Shown: in pieces, positions 1 through 7,368 of the stretch | Position numbering within the stretch: position 1 is the stretch's first letter | Layout: each line of letters starts with the position of its first letter | Virus record (IMG/VR): IMGVR_UViG_3300033067_001397 | Location: 1-27,144 of that record | Origin: a virus | Lineage: Duplodnaviria; Caudoviricetes | Strand: one strand, 5' to 3' | DNA: 27,144 nt | Notes under the pieces: model-generated | Databases searched by the model: none | What the model was told of the DNA's origin: nothing | Seen by the model: the letters and a program-made list of their open reading frames with translations, nothing else | Translations under genes and position numbers: made by a program

Positions 1-3
1 CAA

Positions 4-28
4 CCCCGCGCGGGCGGGGCTGGGCGTG
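4..28 (-). terminator. GC hairpin repeat, copy 1 (probable intrinsic terminator, cut by window edge)
   Basis: CCCCGCGCGGGCGGGGCTGGGCGTG is identical to 806..830; the minus-strand stem is CAGCCCCGC-ccgc-GCGGGGTTG. Confidence 0.55.
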
Positions 29-121
29 CTAAGGGAAAGCGCAGGTCCCTCGTAAGCGTGCTGGGGTCGCCGACTCCGACGACGCCGAGAACTCCTCCCA
101 CGCATGGTGGGTGAGACTAAG

Positions 122-195
122 TTGCGCGGGCGGGATTTGAACCCGCGACCTTCGGCTTATGAGGCCGACGAACTACCGGACTGTTCTACCGCACG
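122..195 (-). tRNA. tRNA-Met(CAT), initiator (fMet) type, CCA not encoded
   Basis: Hand-folded cloverleaf CGTGCGG TA GAAC AGTCCGGTA GTTC G TCGGC CTCATAA GCCGA AGGTC GCGGG TTCAAAT CCCGC CCGCGCA A; C1xA72 mismatch and A11:U24 are initiator hallmarks. Confidence 0.92.
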
Positions 196-202
196 CAGAA
201 TC

Positions 203-331
203 TTACCCCTTCCGCTGTCGCGGCGGCTTGCCCTGCCTCAGCACGATCCCAAGGGCCGCGAGCAACCGCCCGACGTTGGCATCGGACAACCCGCGACGGC
301 CCGCGAGATAGGCGCTGAGGGTGGGGCGGGG
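203..331 (-). pseudogene. 5'-truncated XRE-type HTH fragment, copy 1 of 129-bp direct repeat
   Basis: Translates PRPTLSAYLAGRRGLSDANVGRLLAALGIVLRQGKPPRQRKG*; in-frame stop upstream at 368..370 with no start codon between. Confidence 0.7.
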
Positions 332-416
332 GTCGTGCGATTGAGGTTGTAAGGCGGGCTTACAGGTTCAGTTGTCCGGCAACACCGGATAACTCAGCGG
401 GTGCGTAACCTTTCCC

Positions 417-746
417 ATGCCCCGCAAACCACCCACCCTTTTTGTCGTGAGCGGCACCACGCTGTACGTGAGGCAGGAGGCCGTCATGAACTTCTGGTGT
501 GCGTTGCACGATGGGATGCCGCTCACGTATTTCGGGAAGGAAAAGACAGCGTGGCTCGACGTAGATACAGCCATCGCGTGGTGCAAAAACGAATCGGAGC
601 GCGTTCCCGAGAAGGAACGATCTATTCTGGCTCAGAAAATAGCGACAATGGAGCGGGCGAAGGCGCATATGGAATCCGCCGCGATTGACCCGACAGCCGA
701 TTCGTACGTGGTTCCGGCAGCGCAACCCGCTAGCAAGTCTGGTTGA
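417..746 (+). CDS. Hypothetical protein, 109 aa, opposite-strand accessory gene
   Basis: Protein-like composition, visibly lower GC than flanks, bounded by hairpins. Confidence 0.7.
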   Translation: MPRKPPTLFVVSGTTLYVRQEAVMNFWCALHDGMPLTYFGKEKTAWLDVDTAIAWCKNESERVPEKERSILAQKIATMERAKAHMESAAIDPTADSYVVPAAQPASKSG

Positions 747-792
747 GTGGCCCGACCATTCAACCGTTCGGGGATTCCGAAGGGTTCGCCGC

Positions 793-830
793 AAAAACGC
801 GACAGCCCCGCGCGGGCGGGGCTGGGCGTG
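793..830 (-). terminator. GC hairpin repeat, copy 2, probable intrinsic terminator of the early operon
   Basis: Minus strand CAGCCCCGC-ccgc-GCGGGGCTG followed by TCGCGTTTTT. Confidence 0.6.
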
Positions 831-872
831 GTACGCAGAGCGACCCTCTCGAATGTCCAAGGTCGGGTAATC

Positions 873-1001
873 CTACCCCTTCGGCTGTCGCGGCGGCTTG
901 CCCTGCCTCAGCACGATCCCAAGGGCCGCGAGCAAGCGACCCACGTTGGCATCGGACAGTCCGCGTCGGCCCGCGAGGTAGGCGCTCAGGGTGGGGCGGG
1001 G
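873..1001 (-). repeat. XRE-type HTH coding segment, copy 2 of 129-bp direct repeat
   Basis: (RRADV)PRPTLSAYLAGRRGLSDANVGRLLAALGIVL; 10 differences from 203..331, 8 synonymous, 1 stop swap, 1 R/P. Confidence 0.8.
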
Positions 1002-1279
1002 AACGTCCGCGCGGCGTCCTTTCCCTCGGCCTTGGCGATGGCGGCAACGGCGACAGCCAGTGGGCACCGCGCGTCGTGTTTCGTCCGATGCTGCGCGCAG
1101 AACGGGCAGATCGTCAGCATCACCCCGTTGATCGCGTCCACCAGCCCGCGAAGGGCGGCGGTCGTATCGGGGGCCGCGGCGTGCAGCGCCCACAACCGCT
1201 TCGCGTCCTCGGGGTCGTGAACCATCGGAGCGGTTGCGTGCAACGTCATTACTTTCGGCGTGTGCTGCGTCGCACTCAT
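986..1279 (-). CDS. Small early phage protein (TQHTP...AAAP...AIAKAEG type), with CxxC
   Basis: ATGA overlap with upstream gene; motif pattern shared with 1276..1692. Confidence 0.8.
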   Translation of the reverse strand: MSATQHTPKVMTLHATAPMVHDPEDAKRLWALHAAAPDTTAALRGLVDAINGVMLTICPFCAQHRTKHDARCPLAVAVAAIAKAEGKDAARTFPAPP

Positions 1280-1692
1280 GCCTTTTCTCCATTCTCAGCC
1301 TTGGCGATGGCGGCGCGGATATATTCAAGCACTTTCAGAAGGTCCGCCGCTACCTCCTCGTGCCCTTCGTCGTACAGCGACTTCCATCGCGTCTCAACCT
1401 CGGGCTCAGCCGCCCTGCACGCCGCGAGAAGTTCGGGGGCGGCGGCGATCAGGTGCCCCCGCGCGTCACGCTCCTCATCAACGTGCTTGTAGCCCTCGCC
1501 GCGTTTCGGTTCAGTCACGGGCGGAACGTACGCGACGTGATGGCCGTCCGGCCCCGAGATGATCCGCGAACCGTCCGCCGTCAGTGCTGGGATCAGCGTC
1601 ATCTTGACGCCATGTTCTCGTGCGAACGCCTCATCCTCGGCGGTGTTGAGGTGCAGGCGCATTGTCCAAGGCGTGTGCTGCGTGGTGGTCAT
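1276..1692 (-). CDS. Small early phage protein (HTP-W...IAAAPELL...AAIAKA type)
   Basis: AAAGGAGA SD before ATG; motif common in phage early genes. Confidence 0.85.
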   Translation of the reverse strand: MTTTQHTPWTMRLHLNTAEDEAFAREHGVKMTLIPALTADGSRIISGPDGHHVAYVPPVTEPKRGEGYKHVDEERDARGHLIAAAPELLAACRAAEPEVETRWKSLYDEGHEEVAADLLKVLEYIRAAIAKAENGEKA

Positions 1693-1710
1693 TGGGTGAT
1701 CTCCTTTGGG

Positions 1711-1989
1711 TTAGGCTACATCTACCGTCTCGACGCAATCCCAATCGACCAGCGGACGGCCACCGTCGCGGGGATTCCAAACGCGGCGGCGCATGAGACT
1801 GACGCGGGGACAGCCCCAGTAGTCGGCCTCAATCTTCGAGCGCGCGAACGCTACGGCCTCGTCGCGGGTGGTGAAATACTCCACGTTGTCCGTACCCGCG
1901 TCAGGGTCCGAGTCGCCGCTTTCGCTCACAGGTACGTTGGTTGTCCACTCGACTTCCCATCGCTCGTTCTGTTTCTGTGTCGTCGCCAT
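1711..1989 (-). CDS. Hypothetical acidic early protein
   Basis: GGAG SD before ATG at 1989; compact operon spacing. Confidence 0.75.
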   Translation of the reverse strand: MATTQKQNERWEVEWTTNVPVSESGDSDPDAGTDNVEYFTTRDEAVAFARSKIEADYWGCPRVSLMRRRVWNPRDGGRPLVDWDCVETVDVA

Positions 1990-2022
1990 TCGCATCACTC
2001 CTGCCGCTGTGCGGCGGTTGGG

Positions 2023-2268
2023 TCAGACTTCCTCTTTGTCGATGTACACCTTGCACCACCGATCCGGCTCGTGCGCGAGTTCGTCCCTGACGATTTCGAT
2101 AAGTTCGTCAACGTCGCACCCCCCAAATAACTGTTTCACCCACGGAACGCCGTCGCAGCATCCGGCGCGCCCCGTCGAGATCACGACTTGCGCACCCTCG
2201 CCGATCGCTCGGTACAACCGCCTGCGGTGATGGTTGAGGTAATCTACGGTTTCGCTGGTGATCTTCAT
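2023..2268 (-). CDS. Hypothetical early protein
   Basis: Tightly packed in operon, protein-like composition. Confidence 0.7.
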   Translation of the reverse strand: MKITSETVDYLNHHRRRLYRAIGEGAQVVISTGRAGCCDGVPWVKQLFGGCDVDELIEIVRDELAHEPDRWCKVYIDKEEV

Positions 2269-2271
2269 GGG

Positions 2272-2508
2272 TCACACACCCCTGTTGAGCACGTTCACCA
2301 GCCCGATGATTTCATCATCGCACAGCCAATGGGGTCCGCCGGGACCGGCGACCCATACGTCGTAACTCGGGATGCTCACGTTCGAGTTAAACACGTTCAA
2401 CGCCGTACAGATTTGCTCACACACTGTTTGCAGGCCGTTGTCGGCCAGCATGATCCCGATGTGCTTGCGGGCTTCGCCGATCGTCGTTACGGGGGCAATC
2501 TTCTGCAT
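2272..2508 (-). CDS. Hypothetical early protein
   Basis: AAAGGA SD before ATG at 2508. Confidence 0.7.
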   Translation of the reverse strand: MQKIAPVTTIGEARKHIGIMLADNGLQTVCEQICTALNVFNSNVSIPSYDVWVAGPGGPHWLCDDEIIGLVNVLNRGV

Positions 2509-2577
2509 CTTCGGTCCTTTCAAATGCTCCCTCGCGGGAGGAATCCTGCCCGTTCGCTTCCGCGAGCGGGCGGGGGG

Positions 2578-2829
2578 TTAGGACAACTTGCACTCGGCCA
2601 CGCACTCTTCCGCCGCCTCGCGCACTTCCTCGGGGGTCATCGCGCCGTCGAACCGCGCGACCATACGCGAGAGTTCGCCCACGAGCGTTTCGAGGTCGCC
2701 CACGCCCTGCCAACGGCGGGGGCCGTTCGCGTTCTGCTGTTCGGTCCAATCGTTCAGCCGGTCGCCCATGTGGTCGAGCAGGCTACCGGCTACGTTGCGA
2801 AGGTGGTTGCGGGTTTCAGTCGCGTTCAT
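2578..2829 (-). CDS. Hypothetical early protein, helical
   Basis: AAGGGGA SD before ATG; first gene after the control region. Confidence 0.75.
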   Translation of the reverse strand: MNATETRNHLRNVAGSLLDHMGDRLNDWTEQQNANGPRRWQGVGDLETLVGELSRMVARFDGAMTPEEVREAAEECVAECKLS

Positions 2830-2878
2830 CGTCGGTCCCCTTGTGTCGCGCCGTCGCGGTGTGCGGCGGCATGGACAC

Positions 2879-2907
2879 TGTGTAGCGATTTCGCTACGGC
2901 TTGTAAA
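2879..2907 (-). promoter_or_regulatory. Candidate sigma70-type promoter overlapped by a palindromic operator
   Basis: TTTACA-17 bp-TACACA (weak -10); GTAGCGA-N2-TCGCTAC at 2882..2897. Confidence 0.45.
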
Positions 2908-3017
2908 GGGGTAAGAGAGGAATCGGGGCGGGTTTTTATGCGAACGGGTACCGAAAACATGCCAGCCATGCGAAAAATGCGCAGCGCCATGCCGTTCGTG
3001 TCGCCTCTATTAGCCCC

Positions 3018-3551
3018 GCACAGAATGCACACAATGCACAGAAATGCCGTTGCCGCCAAAATCCCGGCAAAATGACCACTTCGTGATACACTTGGTGAAC
3101 ACGCAGCCCTAACGGACTCCTATTGGTGACGCCGCAGGATCCCGCGCTCGTTTGAGCGCTCACGCCGCGCCCGTGAGCGCTCACGCGGGCGCACTTACGG
3201 GCGCACTTAAGAGGCCAAAAGGCGCACAATGCGCACCTAAGGGCCGGTCCCTCTTGACCCCGGCGGGCGTTCGGGGCTCGCGTTCACGGGCCGTTCACGG
3301 CTTTAGCGTGAACGCGGAACCTGAGTTTTTCAAGCGGAACACCCGCAAAACGTGCCCGTTCACGTGAACGGCGCGAGTCAGGCCCCCTACCCCTCGCAGG
3401 ACTGGGGCAATCGGGGCGGCGGGGGCGTCGCCCCGTGCCTGGAGGCCATAACCCTCGGGTTGTGCCCAAGTGACCGGCACGGCGGATGGTGGGTCGAGCC
3501 GCCACTTGGCCGCCAATGAATCACCACTCAATCATCACTTAATCATCACGC
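3018..3551. repeat. Non-coding cluster of short tandem repeats and palindromes
   Basis: GCACA(G/C)AAT x3, TGAGCGCTCACGC x2, CGGGCGCACTTA x2, CGTTCACG direct and inverted, AATCA(C/T)CAC x3. Confidence 0.8.
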
Positions 3552-3604
3552 CCGAACTCGGATTCGTTTCCTCCCCCTAAGAGAGAGGGCGTGGAGGAAT
3601 CGAA

Positions 3605-4612
3605 TCACTGCCCGCACCCCGGGCAATCGGGCCGTAGCCCCGTCGCCCGGGCAATCGCCAGATCGAACGCCGCCGCCGCTCGCGGGTCCGTGGGGCGGTT
3701 GACCGGCCCCCCGTCGCCGCCCGTGTCGCAGGGGCACGTCGGGGTGTACGTCCAAGTCGCGGAGGTCTGCACGGTGTAGGAGTAGGTCGTGTCGGGTGTG
3801 CGGGGAATCTTGATCGTCCGGTCGCGTTGGACTTGGAGAAGGTACGTCCCCCGCCCGCACGCGCTCGCCCATTCGATGTGCGAGGCTTCGGACTTGATAT
3901 CGTCGAATCCTGGCCGCGAGTCCTCGTCGCGCGAACACTCCACCGACGGCCGGTAGGTCATCGCGGACGCCGCGGCGGGTCCGACGGCGACCGGGCCGGT
4001 GACGCGCCCGCACGCGCCGCCGCCCCAACACACGTCCGGCAGCAGATCGGCCCCCGACCAGATCAGGTTGCGGGACACCGGGAGCCGCGGCGCGAACGTC
4101 GCCCCCCACTGTTGCGATGCCGCACCGTCGGTCAGCGGGAGGTTCCCGATCCCGAGTGCGTCCTCGCCGCTCACTTCCCCTTCGCGCCGCTCGCCCGTCA
4201 CGCCGAACGGTGACTCGTTGCGGTACCGCGCCGTCCCGCGAAGGTAAGACTGTGGGAAGATGCGGTACGCGGTCCAATCGCCGTCGCCCGTGGGGATGGC
4301 GCAGAACTCGACCACGGCGTAGAAGGTCAGGTCGCGCTCAATGGCGAATGGCGTCGGCAGGCGCGAGTCGAGCAGCCCGAACGCCCGGTACCGCTCGAAG
4401 CCCTGGATCGCCATCGAAACCGAGATGGCCCGGTGCCGCCCGAGTTGCGGGCAGAGCTGGCGGATGCCGCAATCGCCGTCGGCCACGATGATCGGCACGT
4501 ACTCGCACCGGGGGGCTTCGGTGACGGGCGGGCAGCATGTGGTACCACAGCACGCGGGGCGCCGGCCCGCCCGCGCCACGCACCGCCCGTTGCGCTGGAG
4601 GCGTTCGCCCAT
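3605..4612 (-). CDS. Cys-rich protein at the end of the tail module
   Basis: Starts 3 nt after the upstream stop; N-terminal CCGTTCC, C-terminal CPGCG. Confidence 0.75.
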   Translation of the reverse strand: MGERLQRNGRCVARAGRRPACCGTTCCPPVTEAPRCEYVPIIVADGDCGIRQLCPQLGRHRAISVSMAIQGFERYRAFGLLDSRLPTPFAIERDLTFYAVVEFCAIPTGDGDWTAYRIFPQSYLRGTARYRNESPFGVTGERREGEVSGEDALGIGNLPLTDGAASQQWGATFAPRLPVSRNLIWSGADLLPDVCWGGGACGRVTGPVAVGPAAASAMTYRPSVECSRDEDSRPGFDDIKSEASHIEWASACGRGTYLLQVQRDRTIKIPRTPDTTYSYTVQTSATWTYTPTCPCDTGGDGGPVNRPTDPRAAAAFDLAIARATGLRPDCPGCGQ

Positions 4613-4615
4613 TGA

Positions 4616-5452
4616 TTACCTGTCGTCGGTCGGGTAGTACCGGGTGTCGGTGGTGATGGTCAGGAACAGGCTGTTGTCGGTGAACTTGAACCCGCGGCGC
4701 CGGTTGCGGGTGCCGATGGTGCAGGACTTGCGCATCGAAGCGGACGTGTACTCGCCCGCGTTGGCGGTGTAGGTGGTGATACCGCCCGCGAGGTGGACGA
4801 GCTTGCCGCCGTTCTGCTCGATGGCAACCGTCGCTACCGCGGCGTCGTCGTCGATGGTGAGCGTCCCGCCGTAGAGGTAAATCTTCGTGGAGGCCGGGCG
4901 CTTCAGGGTGCAGTTTCCCGACCACATGTACATACTGGACAGTGCCGACGCCTTCGCTTCGATCAACACCGTCGCGGGGCCGTCGATGTAGATATCGGTG
5001 AGCGTCACCGATGCGTTTACGTTTACCGTGCCCTTGTAGACGTTGAGGTACGTCCACAGCCCGCCCATGCAGAGCAAGATGCCGCCGGGGGCGTCTACAA
5101 AGGTGTTCTCGATCTTCGTCGATCCGCCCGCCGCGTCGATGCGGCACACCCCGCCCGCCGCCGCGTAGACGAGTTTCGCCTTCGTGGTGGCCGCGCTGGT
5201 CCACACGCCGGTAACGTCGTCGATGTCTACTTTGAGGTTGCCCGCCGCCTCGCTGCCCACGTTGCCGCTGAACGTCGGGGAGAAGATGAGCGAGTTGATG
5301 CCAGTGGCAACCGCCGATTGGTCGAGCCCGGCGACGATGCCGGAGGTCGCGCCGCTGACAACGAGGTCGGCGTTGGTTGCGAATCCGATTCCATCGCCCC
5401 AGTTCGCCGCCGCGAAAGAGGTTGCGCCGTCGTTGAGGTTTGTGCGTGCCAT
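4616..5452 (-). CDS. Putative virion protein, beta-solenoid-like
   Basis: GGAG SD; repeated short strands with GG-turns (YLYGGTLTI, EQNGGKLV, HLAGGITT). Confidence 0.8.
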   Translation of the reverse strand: MARTNLNDGATSFAAANWGDGIGFATNADLVVSGATSGIVAGLDQSAVATGINSLIFSPTFSGNVGSEAAGNLKVDIDDVTGVWTSAATTKAKLVYAAAGGVCRIDAAGGSTKIENTFVDAPGGILLCMGGLWTYLNVYKGTVNVNASVTLTDIYIDGPATVLIEAKASALSSMYMWSGNCTLKRPASTKIYLYGGTLTIDDDAAVATVAIEQNGGKLVHLAGGITTYTANAGEYTSASMRKSCTIGTRNRRRGFKFTDNSLFLTITTDTRYYPTDDR

Positions 5453-5512
5453 AGGTCGTTCTCCGGGTTCATTCGCACCGTAGCGGGGTGCGGTGTTGGT
5501 GTCTTGTGGGTG

Positions 5513-6631
5513 CTATCCGCCGATGAATGCGCCGCCTCCGGTGGTCGCCACCCGCTGCAGCGCGCCGATATCAAGGCCGGGAATCTGCCCCGCGCCTGTC
5601 GCCGGTGATGCCGCGATCAACCGCCAGTCGGTGTCGCCGGACGGGTCCGCGGCGAAGTCTGTTGACCAGTTGCCGGTATCGGTGGTGACGGCGTTGTAGA
5701 CCGGCCAGTCGGCCGAGCCCACGTCCGCGTTGGCGTTGTCGCGGGTGCGGTTCCAGTACCGCATGACGGGGCGATCGCTTGTGCCGCTGTTGAGGTTGTT
5801 CCAGAAACGGCTGCTGTCGGTCACCATGCAGTTGACGATGAGGGGCATGCCCGTCGCGGCCCCGTTCACGCCCTGCACCGCGTCCCCGGCGGTGGCGTAG
5901 ATCGTGCAGTCCGCGATCAGGGTGGTGGGCGAGAGGGTGTTGTTGAAGACGCCGTGCTTCTGCGTAGCGATCAGGAGGCAGCGCAGGAGCGAGTGCGCCC
6001 CGGTGCCCAGGTACGCCGCCGCCGAGGTGCCGTTGTTCCCGGCGTAGCGCAGCCGCGTGGCCACGATCCTGGTCCCGCTTCCGCTGCTCACGTAGAGGCA
6101 CGCGAAGGGGCTGGCCCCGGTGTTGCTCGCGTTGAAATCGCAGTTGATGATCGCGTTGCCGCCGCCGGACTGGACCGCGGCGACCGATCCCCCGCTGCCG
6201 GAGTGAGCGACCTTCACCAGGATCGCGGTCTGAGTCGTGCCGGTCATCACCAGCAGCACGGCGTTGGCGCTCCCCGTCAGACTCAACGCCTCCAGGATGT
6301 TGTAGTTCCCCGCCGTGACCGTCCACGATGCACCCCCCGCGATGACGGGAAAGTTCGTGGCGTCGATGGCGAGGGTCGCCGCGCTCTGGCAGGCCGCGAC
6401 GGTCAGGTCGCCAATCGCCGCGTTGTAGCCCCGCCAAATGATCGGAGCCGCGACGGTGCCCGCCGGGAACGTCACGCTTGCCCCGAGGGTGTACGTCCCC
6501 GCCGCGATGTTCACGCGGTTTCCCGCCGCCGCGCCCGCGACTGCTTCCGCAAGCGTCCAGGCGTTCGCGGCGCTTGACCCGTCGTGAGCCCCGCCCCCGG
6601 CGACCGAACAGTATTTTTCGGTGATCGCCAT
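5513..6631 (-). CDS. Right-handed beta-helix (pectin lyase fold) tail-spike-like protein
   Basis: N-terminal YCSVAGGGAHDGSSAANAWTL...GNRVNIAAGTY, INCDF/ADCTI/VNCMV rungs, C-terminal DIGALQ. Confidence 0.8.
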   Translation of the reverse strand: MAITEKYCSVAGGGAHDGSSAANAWTLAEAVAGAAAGNRVNIAAGTYTLGASVTFPAGTVAAPIIWRGYNAAIGDLTVAACQSAATLAIDATNFPVIAGGASWTVTAGNYNILEALSLTGSANAVLLVMTGTTQTAILVKVAHSGSGGSVAAVQSGGGNAIINCDFNASNTGASPFACLYVSSGSGTRIVATRLRYAGNNGTSAAAYLGTGAHSLLRCLLIATQKHGVFNNTLSPTTLIADCTIYATAGDAVQGVNGAATGMPLIVNCMVTDSSRFWNNLNSGTSDRPVMRYWNRTRDNANADVGSADWPVYNAVTTDTGNWSTDFAADPSGDTDWRLIAASPATGAGQIPGLDIGALQRVATTGGGAFIGG

Positions 6632-6634
6632 GCG

Positions 6635-7024
6635 TCAGGTGTAATGGATGTGGATGATGACTTCGTTCGCCGCCACCGCCGCGGTGTCGCTGTCGGCCGC
6701 GCCGGTCGTCATGGCGGACGCGATACCGATGGTGAAGGGAACGCCCCGCACGAACTTCAGGTGGACGCCCCCGCCCGCTGGGAGCATGTAGGTACACTTG
6801 GGAACGTCGGTGCCCACTGTCGGCGCCGACGCCTTGTCGTACAACTTCAGGTACCGCACGCTGCCGTTGGAGTTGGTGGCGACGATTTCCCATATCTGCC
6901 CCGGGGTCGCCTTCACGCTCTGCGCGTTGGTCGAGGCGTCCGAGATGCGGCGGTGAATCGACGGCCCGCCCGACGTGGGCTGCGCGAGTTTCACCGCGTC
7001 GTCGGCCGATCCAAGGATGCTCAC
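6635..7024 (-). CDS. Small beta-sandwich virion protein
   Basis: GTGA overlap with upstream stop; RYLKLYDKASAPTVGTDVP motif seen in phage structural genes. Confidence 0.75.
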   Translation of the reverse strand: MSILGSADDAVKLAQPTSGGPSIHRRISDASTNAQSVKATPGQIWEIVATNSNGSVRYLKLYDKASAPTVGTDVPKCTYMLPAGGGVHLKFVRGVPFTIGIASAMTTGAADSDTAAVAANEVIIHIHYT

Positions 7025-7368
7025 GACTTCACCCCGCTTGCTACCACGAACACCGTTGCGGCGCTCCCGGTGGTGTTGACGCGGACCCGAAGGTGCGTGG
7101 CCGTGGTGACGTTGAGGGGCGTTGGGACGGCGGACGCGGTGTACGTCTTGGCGCCGTCGGGGAAGTTGAAGAACGATCCCCCGCCGTTCGCGGAAATCAT
7201 CGCATCGACGATCATCCCCGAGGGCCACGTCTCCAGCGATTCGAGTTGGAGCGTCACGTAGTCCACTTGGGACACGTCGAAGATGATCGCGTCGCCGGCG
7301 ATGGACGCCGACAGCGTTCGCTTGCCGGGGTAGTTGACGGCCTGGAGTTGCACAGGGGGGTTTGCCAT
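7021..7368 (-). CDS. Small beta-sandwich virion protein
   Basis: TAATG overlap gives start MANPPVQ at 7368; THLRVRV strand. Confidence 0.75.
   Translation of the reverse strand: MANPPVQLQAVNYPGKRTLSASIAGDAIIFDVSQVDYVTLQLESLETWPSGMIVDAMISANGGGSFFNFPDGAKTYTASAVPTPLNVTTATHLRVRVNTTGSAATVFVVASGVKS

Noticed and set aside
122-195. tRNA as Ile2/elongator Met, or as the prophage attachment site
   Set aside because: C1xA72 and A11:U24 indicate initiator type; no integrase or duplicated tRNA 3' end is in the window, and the phage hairpin repeat continues beyond it
203-1001. DGR template/variable repeat pair
   Set aside because: Differences are mostly synonymous third-position changes and not adenine-specific; no reverse transcriptase seen
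873-1328. 151-aa ORF as a standalone gene
   Set aside because: Its N-terminal 100 aa is an Arg-rich alternative frame of the 986..1279 gene; only the HTH end looks coding
2906-2916. 11-bp inverted match to 201..211
   Set aside because: Matches this short are expected by chance in 27 kb
3018-3551. CRISPR array
   Set aside because: Repeats are 8-13 bp, of several families, without regular unique spacers; no cas genes
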